From Nitrospirota bacterium (GTDB taxonomy: Bacteria > Nitrospirota > Nitrospiria > 2-01-FULL-66-17), in the NCBI GenBank assembly GCA_049325335.1, contig JBMOMC010000002.1:192001-256000 (forward strand): a stretch of DNA of 64,000 nt, read 5' to 3'. Under the pieces are notes generated by a model. The model was not told where the DNA came from. It did not search any database and saw nothing but the letters and a program-made list of their open reading frames with translations. Below, one piece after another: positions 57,931 to 64,000 of this stretch. Each line of letters begins with the position of its first letter. Position 1 is the first letter of the stretch. The position numbers and the translations under genes are program-made.

Positions 57931-58145
57931 TCGAGCGACGCCAGGGCGAACGGCGTCAGGCCGAGCGCCGCAAGCCCGCCGACCGACGGCTGCGGCGGCG
58001 GCGCAGCGGCATGGATCGTCGGGTCGCGGTCCGCGCCATCACCTTCCCGGATCGGCGGTTCGCCGCGCGGCGCGGGCCCGACCGCCGGCGCGGGGATCGT
58101 CGCGGCGCCGTCCCCGCGCCCCCGCCGGAGCGCGGCCCCTCGTGA
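57927..58145 (+). CDS. Arg-rich (E/D)RR-repeat microprotein
   Basis: GTGA overlaps with both neighbours; repeated ERRxxERR/DRR. Confidence 0.6.
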   Translation: MIERRQGERRQAERRKPADRRLRRRRSGMDRRVAVRAITFPDRRFAARRGPDRRRGDRRGAVPAPPPERGPS

Positions 58146-58453
58146 AACCCCGGAAACCGTCGCGCGTTCCCGGACGCGGGGGATCGAAGTCGCCGCGCCC
58201 CGCGCCCTCGTCCCGTCCCGCCGCGTCCAAACGCCTCCCGGCGCTGTCTGCCGAGGTGCGGGCGCTGCGGCTCGACATGGAGCGCGCGTCGGGACAGACC
58301 AAGGACATGATCCGGAAACTGGAGCGCCTGGCCTTGATGGTCGGTGAACTCCGCGACGCGGTGGCCGATCTGCAGGCCTCCCTCGGCGACGGCGACGTGG
58401 AGTACGGCGCGGTGGACGATACGGATTCCGAAATGGGGGAGGGCCATGCGTAG
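58142..58453 (+). CDS. Small coiled-coil hypothetical protein
   Basis: Basic N-terminus, heptad region, acidic tail; operonic position. Confidence 0.6.
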   Translation: MKPRKPSRVPGRGGSKSPRPAPSSRPAASKRLPALSAEVRALRLDMERASGQTKDMIRKLERLALMVGELRDAVADLQASLGDGDVEYGAVDDTDSEMGEGHA

Positions 58454-58492
58454 CCTCCCGGACTCCGCCCGAGCGAACGGACGCTCCGCGGC

Positions 58493-60937
58493 TTGGTGAC
58501 GCGGGGGTTGTGGGGCCGGGCCCTAACAGCGCTCGCCCTGTCTGCGTGCACTTTGGCGGCGATGGGGACCGCGCACGGCGCGTCGGACGGTCCCGCCATT
58601 CTCTCCGTGGCCGTGCGCGGCGCCGCCAACATCGAGGCCTCGACCATTATCAGCCGCAGCACGTTGGCGGTGGGGGGATCGGCGGATGCCGCGGCCATTC
58701 GGGAGGCGATCAAAGCCGTCTACCGTATGGGGTATTTCGACGACGTGTCGATCGAACAAGAGCCCGGGCCCGACGGGGTGCACGTCATCATCGTCGTGAA
58801 TGAACGGGCCACGCTCACCGACATCCGGTACGAAGGGTATGACGAGGTCGGCGAAGAGAAGCTCAAGGAACAGGTCACGCTCACGCTGCACACCGCCGTG
58901 GACCTCCGCGCGGTCAACGCCGCGGCCGCCAAGATCGAGCAGTACTATCGGAGCGAAGGGTACGCGGACGCGCGGGTGATCCCGGTGACCAAAACCGTGT
59001 CGCCGGGGGCGGTGTCCGTCACCTTTTATATTGAAGAAGGCGCGCGTGCGAAGATCCGCGCCGTGGCGTTTGAGGGCAACGCCCGGGTCCGGACCAAACG
59101 ACTCCGGGAGGTGGTGACGACTAAATCCTATTTTTGGCTGACGTCGTGGATCACGAGTCGGGGCATCTTCAAGCAAGATGACCTGGAGCAGGACGCGGAG
59201 CGACTGCGGGATTTTTACCTGAACGAGGGGTATGTGCAGGCGCAGGTCGGCGCGCCGCGGATCACGCCGGATCCGCGCGGCAAGGGCGTGCGCGTGACGT
59301 TTCCGGTGGAAGAAGGCGAACGCTACACCGTGGCCCGCATCACCGTGTCCGGGCACACCGTGCTGACCACGTCGCAGGTGCGGGAGGGGTTGGCGCTGCG
59401 CGAGGGGGATATCTTCCGTCGCAACCTCCTGCGGCAGGACATGACGCTGCTCACGGATCGATACGGCGAGCGGGGGTACGCCTTTGTGGACATTCGCCCC
59501 CAGTTTACGCCGCGTCCCGAATCCCGATCCATCGATCTGACCTACGAGATCCGCGAGGGCCGTCCGGTCACGGTCCGCACCGTCACGGTGGAGGGCAACG
59601 AGAAGACGTACGACTGGGTGATCCGGCGCGAGCTGCGGGTGGCGGAACAGGAGTTGGTGAACACCAAGGCGCTCAAGCGGAGTTTTCAGCGCATCAACAA
59701 CCTCAATTTTTTTGAGAACGTCGAGATCTTGCCGAACCCGATCGGCGACGACCAGATGGACATCACGGTGCGCGTGAAGGAAAAGCCCACCGGGACGTTC
59801 AGTTTGGGCGGCGGGTACAGTTCGGTGGACCGGGTCGTGTACCAGGCCAACATCGAGCAGGGCAATTTGTTCGGACGCGGCCAGTTGTTGCGCGCGCGGA
59901 TGGAAAAAAGCAGCGCCACCACGTCCAATTATTCCATCACGTTTCGCGAGCCGTACCTGTTTGATCGGCCCTTGGCGGGGACCATTGATTTGTTCTCGAA
60001 CGAGCGACGGTACACCACCTACCGGGACGGCCGCACCGGATTTTCATTGGGCCTCAACCGCTGGTTCGGGGAATACGTCTCGGCGGGCGTGTCGTATACG
60101 CGCGAGGTCAATCATTTGTTCGACCTGACCACATACGACCCGACGCCGCCGTTTTGCCCAACGGGGTCGACGTGTCCGCCGGACCCGCCCACCGATACGG
60201 ACGTGACCGACAATTCTACGCCCAATGCTCCGCCTGCGATCGTCCAAGAGGCGGCGCGCGGCAAAGTCACGACCAGCAGCGTGGGCGTGTCGGTGGCACG
60301 CGATACCCGGGATTTTTCGTTTGATCCGCGTGAAGGGCAACGCCACGCCTTGTCGGTCGAATACGCCGGCGGGTTGTTCAAAGGGGACAATCGTTTTTAC
60401 CGCATCGTGTCCGATCACAGCGCGTTTTTTCCGATGTTCTGGAGCACGGTGTTTTCGCTGCACCTGCGGATCGGGTATCTGGGCGGACAACAGTATCCGT
60501 TTTCGGAGCGGTTCGTGGTGGGCGGGATCAACACGGTGCGCGGATTCGATTACGGAGCCGCCGGGCGGGTGGATCCGGCCACCGGGGAAATCTTCGGGGG
60601 CAATAAAGAATTGATCTTCAACGCAGAATACGTGTTTCCGCTGATTCCTGACGCCAAGATGAAGGGCGTGTTGTTCTTCGACGCGGGGCGATCATTCGAC
60701 GATCAGGGGCGATACGTGGACGCGGCGAAGACCACGGCGTTGGTGGGACCAGACGGGGTCCCCATGACCACGGGCGAGCGGTTGCGGATCAGCGATCTGC
60801 GCTACAGCGTGGGGTTCGGCATTCGGATGTTGCTGCCGATCGGGCCGATTCGCTTGGAATGGGGGTATAATCTCGATTCCCAGCCCGGCGAGAAGACCGG
60901 AGCGTTCCCCGAGTTTACGATCGGGTCGGTGTTTTAA
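58493..60937 (+). CDS. bamA: Outer membrane protein assembly factor BamA
   Basis: 5 POTRA-like domains, VRGF motif, GPIRLEWG, C-terminal F. Confidence 0.95.
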   Translation: MVTRGLWGRALTALALSACTLAAMGTAHGASDGPAILSVAVRGAANIEASTIISRSTLAVGGSADAAAIREAIKAVYRMGYFDDVSIEQEPGPDGVHVIIVVNERATLTDIRYEGYDEVGEEKLKEQVTLTLHTAVDLRAVNAAAAKIEQYYRSEGYADARVIPVTKTVSPGAVSVTFYIEEGARAKIRAVAFEGNARVRTKRLREVVTTKSYFWLTSWITSRGIFKQDDLEQDAERLRDFYLNEGYVQAQVGAPRITPDPRGKGVRVTFPVEEGERYTVARITVSGHTVLTTSQVREGLALREGDIFRRNLLRQDMTLLTDRYGERGYAFVDIRPQFTPRPESRSIDLTYEIREGRPVTVRTVTVEGNEKTYDWVIRRELRVAEQELVNTKALKRSFQRINNLNFFENVEILPNPIGDDQMDITVRVKEKPTGTFSLGGGYSSVDRVVYQANIEQGNLFGRGQLLRARMEKSSATTSNYSITFREPYLFDRPLAGTIDLFSNERRYTTYRDGRTGFSLGLNRWFGEYVSAGVSYTREVNHLFDLTTYDPTPPFCPTGSTCPPDPPTDTDVTDNSTPNAPPAIVQEAARGKVTTSSVGVSVARDTRDFSFDPREGQRHALSVEYAGGLFKGDNRFYRIVSDHSAFFPMFWSTVFSLHLRIGYLGGQQYPFSERFVVGGINTVRGFDYGAAGRVDPATGEIFGGNKELIFNAEYVFPLIPDAKMKGVLFFDAGRSFDDQGRYVDAAKTTALVGPDGVPMTTGERLRISDLRYSVGFGIRMLLPIGPIRLEWGYNLDSQPGEKTGAFPEFTIGSVF

Positions 60938-60951
60938 TTCAGGGAAGGAGG

Positions 60952-61518
60952 ATGGTGATGGCAGGACGGTCTGTCCGCGCCTTGTGCGCGTGGATGATGG
61001 GGCTGGCGGTCGTGTGCGGCGCGGCGGAACCCGCGTGGGCGCAGGCCAACGGCCTCAAGGTGGCGTATCTGGACACGCAACAGGTTTTTGATCAGTCCAA
61101 AGCCGGCAAGAAGGCCAAGGGCCTGCTGGAAGAGTACGTCAAGAGCCGGCAGAAGATCATTGACCTGGAAGAAGCGGAGATCAAGGAACTCGAGGACAAC
61201 TTGCTCAAACAAGAAAGCGTGTTGAGCCCGGAGGCCAAACGGGCCAAACAAGAAGACTTACAGCGCAAATTGCTCGCGTACCAGAAGAAGGCGACGGATC
61301 TCAATCGGGAGATCCAAGACAAGAAAGTCGACGTGCTCAAGGAGTTTCACGCGCAGTTGGAAGGCGTGGTCAAACGTGTCGCGGAGCGCGACGGGTACGC
61401 CATGATCTTCGACAAGGGCGGCAGCGGGCCGGCGGACATGGCGGCGGTGCTGTACGCCAAGGAGTCGCTGTCGATCACCGATAAGGTGTTGGCGGAGTTG
61501 GATAAGGACGCGAAATAG
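60952..61518 (+). CDS. skp: Skp/OmpH chaperone
   Basis: KVAYLD, long coiled coil, VLYA...ITDKVL. Confidence 0.92.
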   Translation: MVMAGRSVRALCAWMMGLAVVCGAAEPAWAQANGLKVAYLDTQQVFDQSKAGKKAKGLLEEYVKSRQKIIDLEEAEIKELEDNLLKQESVLSPEAKRAKQEDLQRKLLAYQKKATDLNREIQDKKVDVLKEFHAQLEGVVKRVAERDGYAMIFDKGGSGPADMAAVLYAKESLSITDKVLAELDKDAK

Positions 61519-61534
61519 CGGGCCGTCGTCACCC

Positions 61535-62665
61535 ATGACCTTCCCGCCGCGAACCACCACGCTCGCTGCGCTCGCCCAACATGTCGGGGGGGTGCTCAAG
61601 GGCGAAGATTGCGTGATCACCGGCGTCTCCGGCGTCCGCGAGGCCGAGCCCGGGCAGGTGACCTTCCTGGCCAACCTGAAGTACGCGCACGACTTGGCGC
61701 GCACGCGCGCTTCTGGCGTGGTGGTGGCGCCGGATCACCCGAGCGAAGGACTCGCGCGGATCGAAGTGGCCGACCCCTACCACGCGTTTTGCCGCATCGT
61801 GCGATGGTTCCACGATCGGCCCTACCGGAGCGGGGGCATCAGTCCGCACGCAGTGATTGCGCCCGACGCGGTGATCGGCGTGGAGCCCACCATTGGGGCG
61901 TTTGTCACCGTCGGTTCTCGCACTCGACTCGGCGATCGCGTCACGTTGCTGGCGGGCACGGTGGTGGGCGACGACGTTGTCATCGGGGACGACGCGCTGG
62001 TGCACCCCAACGTCACGATCCGCGACGGGTGCGCGATCGGCGCGCGCGTGATCCTGCAGAGCGGGGCGGTCATCGGGGGCGACGGATACGGGTTCGCCAC
62101 CCGCAACGGCCGCCACGAGAAAATTCCGCAAGTCGGGCGGGTGGTGATCGAGGATGACGTGGAACTGGGCGCGAACGTGTGCGTGGACCGGGCCGCGCTG
62201 GGCGCCACGGTCATCAAACGCGGGACTAAGGTCGATAACCTCGTCCATGTGGCCCATAATGTCGTGGTGGGCGAGGACAGTTTACTGGTTGCGCAGGTCG
62301 GGATTTCCGGCAGCACGGTGCTCGGCCGCAACGTCGTGCTGGCCGGACAAGTGGGCGTGACCGGTCACCTCACCATCGGCGATCGCGTGATGGTGGGCGC
62401 GCAGAGCGGGGTGATCGCGGACGTGGCCGCGGGGCAAACCGTGTCGGGCACGTACGCCATGCCGCACCCCACCTGGCTGCGCGTGCAGGCCGTGTTGCCC
62501 ACCCTGCCCGAGATGCGAAAGACGATCAAACAGTTGCAGGCGCGGATCGAAGCGCTCGAACAACGGACCAAGACGCCGTCGTCCGCGGCGAAGGCCACGC
62601 CCCGGTCGCGCGCCAAGGCCGTCGGCCGGTCCGCGCGGAACAAACGGTCGCCCAAGTCCGCGTAA
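61535..62665 (+). CDS. lpxD: UDP-3-O-acylglucosamine N-acyltransferase
   Basis: Hexapeptide repeats, [17 protein letters not shown]. Confidence 0.96.
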   Translation: MTFPPRTTTLAALAQHVGGVLKGEDCVITGVSGVREAEPGQVTFLANLKYAHDLARTRASGVVVAPDHPSEGLARIEVADPYHAFCRIVRWFHDRPYRSGGISPHAVIAPDAVIGVEPTIGAFVTVGSRTRLGDRVTLLAGTVVGDDVVIGDDALVHPNVTIRDGCAIGARVILQSGAVIGGDGYGFATRNGRHEKIPQVGRVVIEDDVELGANVCVDRAALGATVIKRGTKVDNLVHVAHNVVVGEDSLLVAQVGISGSTVLGRNVVLAGQVGVTGHLTIGDRVMVGAQSGVIADVAAGQTVSGTYAMPHPTWLRVQAVLPTLPEMRKTIKQLQARIEALEQRTKTPSSAAKATPRSRAKAVGRSARNKRSPKSA

Positions 62666-62703
62666 CTCGCCGGGTGTTCCGAGCCCCGTCGTGAAGGAGA
62701 ACG

Positions 62704-63141
62704 ATGTTGGAAGCCGATGACATCATGAAACGCCTGCCTCACCGGTATCCGTTCCTGTTGGTGGATCGGGTCCTGTCGGTCGAGGAGAAGAAGGCGGTCG
62801 CGATCAAGAACGTGACGATCAACGAACCGTTTTTTCAGGGCCACTTTCCGGGCCGGCCCATCATGCCGGGCGTGCTGATTCTGGAGGCCTTGGCGCAGGT
62901 CGGCGGGATCTTGGCGTTTCAGACCGCCAAGGACGCGGAGAATCACCTCGTGATCTTCTTGGCCATTGATAACGCCAAGTTCCGAAAACCCGTGGGGCCC
63001 GGCGACCAATTGCGCATGGAGGTGTCGTTGTTGCAGCGGCGCGATCCCTACTGGCGGCTGCGCGGCGAGGCGTACGTCGGCGAGGTCCTGGTCTGCGAAA
63101 TGGAGTTTAAAGCCATGGTCGCGCCCAAGGACGCGGCATGA
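62704..63141 (+). CDS. fabZ: 3-hydroxyacyl-ACP dehydratase
   Basis: [24 protein letters not shown]. Confidence 0.97.
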   Translation: MLEADDIMKRLPHRYPFLLVDRVLSVEEKKAVAIKNVTINEPFFQGHFPGRPIMPGVLILEALAQVGGILAFQTAKDAENHLVIFLAIDNAKFRKPVGPGDQLRMEVSLLQRRDPYWRLRGEAYVGEVLVCEMEFKAMVAPKDAA

Positions 63142-63911
63142 GCCGGCACCCGACCGCGATCATCCATCCCGGCGCCAAGCTGGCCGAGGACGTCGCCGTG
63201 GGGCCGTACGCGGTGATCGGCGAACACGTGACCGTCGGCGCCGGCACCCAAATCGGCGCGCACTGCGTGATCGAGGGGTGGACCGAGATCGGCGAGGCGT
63301 GCGTGTTTTCGCATTTCGTCTCCGCCGGGACTCCGCCGCAGGACCTGAAGTTCGGCGGGGAAGAGAGTCGCCTGATCATCGGGCACCACAATACCTTCCG
63401 GGAGTTCGTGACCCTGAACCGGGGCACGCACCACGGCGGCGGCGTGACCCGCATCGGGAATCACACCTTTTTGATGGCCTACGTGCACGTGGCGCACGAT
63501 TGCACGGTGGGCGACCACGTCATCATGGCCAATGCCGCGACCTTGGCCGGTCACATCGCGGTTGGGGACCATGCCGTGTTGGGCGGACTGACCGGAGTGC
63601 ACCAATTCACGCGGATCGGCGCGTACGCCATGATCGGCGGCTGTTCCGCGATCGCGCAAGACGTGCCGCCGTTCGTGTCCGCCACCGGTAACCGCGCAAA
63701 GCTGTTTGGGTTGAATCTCGTCGGCTTGAAGCGCAACGGGTTTTCCGAGGAGCGCATCGCGGCGCTGAAAAAAGCCTATCGCACCCTGTTCAACGCCCAT
63801 CTGTCGATGAAAGATGCGCTCGTGAAGGCGCGGGAGGAATCGAAAGGGCAACCGGACGTCGAGACGCTCGTACGGTTTGTCGAGACGTCGGAGCGCGGCA
63901 TCAGCCGGTAG
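63138..63911 (+). CDS. lpxA: UDP-N-acetylglucosamine O-acyltransferase
   Basis: HPTAII, PQDLKF, HVAHDC, VHQF, GLN.VGL.R. Confidence 0.97.
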   Translation: MSRHPTAIIHPGAKLAEDVAVGPYAVIGEHVTVGAGTQIGAHCVIEGWTEIGEACVFSHFVSAGTPPQDLKFGGEESRLIIGHHNTFREFVTLNRGTHHGGGVTRIGNHTFLMAYVHVAHDCTVGDHVIMANAATLAGHIAVGDHAVLGGLTGVHQFTRIGAYAMIGGCSAIAQDVPPFVSATGNRAKLFGLNLVGLKRNGFSEERIAALKKAYRTLFNAHLSMKDALVKAREESKGQPDVETLVRFVETSERGISR

Positions 63912-63956
63912 GGGAAGCTCCGAAGCTCTGGGTTGATAAGCCCGTTCAGGAATCGG

Positions 63957-63985
63957 CCAGATGCCCCCTACGGGGACTTCCGGCA
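63957..63985 (-). repeat. Further partial copy of the insert-bearing MITE-like repeat
   Basis: 28/29 identical to the reverse complement of 27769-27797. Confidence 0.75.
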
Positions 63986-64000
63986 GTAGATTTTTTGGCG

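Overview
GC-rich bacterial chromosome window; the 16S rRNA and gene families suggest Nitrospirota (tentative). 1-4229 is one end of an integrated phage-satellite/ICE-like element (DUF3631-type NTPase, primase-type Zn finger, putative HEPN RNase, membrane cargo). It abuts a promoter-bearing 5' half of tRNA-Val(CAC) broken exactly at the end of the anticodon loop. Next come a Fur-boxed Fe3+ ABC pair, CsgG/GNA1162-type lipoproteins and a TPP riboswitch-thiC-thi4 unit. The best candidate novel system is a minus-strand operon (22740-13087): RAPP-ending leader, Tat-ApbE, TlpA, DUF4266, DUF3570 barrel with tandem flavinylation-like motifs, two lipoprotein cytochromes c with non-canonical heme motifs, an FG-GAP propeller and its own ResB/CcsA/CcdA. 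The rest holds metH, a PEP-CTERM gene, ligA, a full rRNA operon, a flagellin-less sigma54/two-component/HD-GYP/csrA-fliW-fliS module, argS-tgt-yajC-secDF, radC, an Arg-repeat microprotein and bamA-skp-lpxD-fabZ-lpxA, plus several REP/MITE-like repeats. All family assignments come from motif recognition by eye; no database searches were run.
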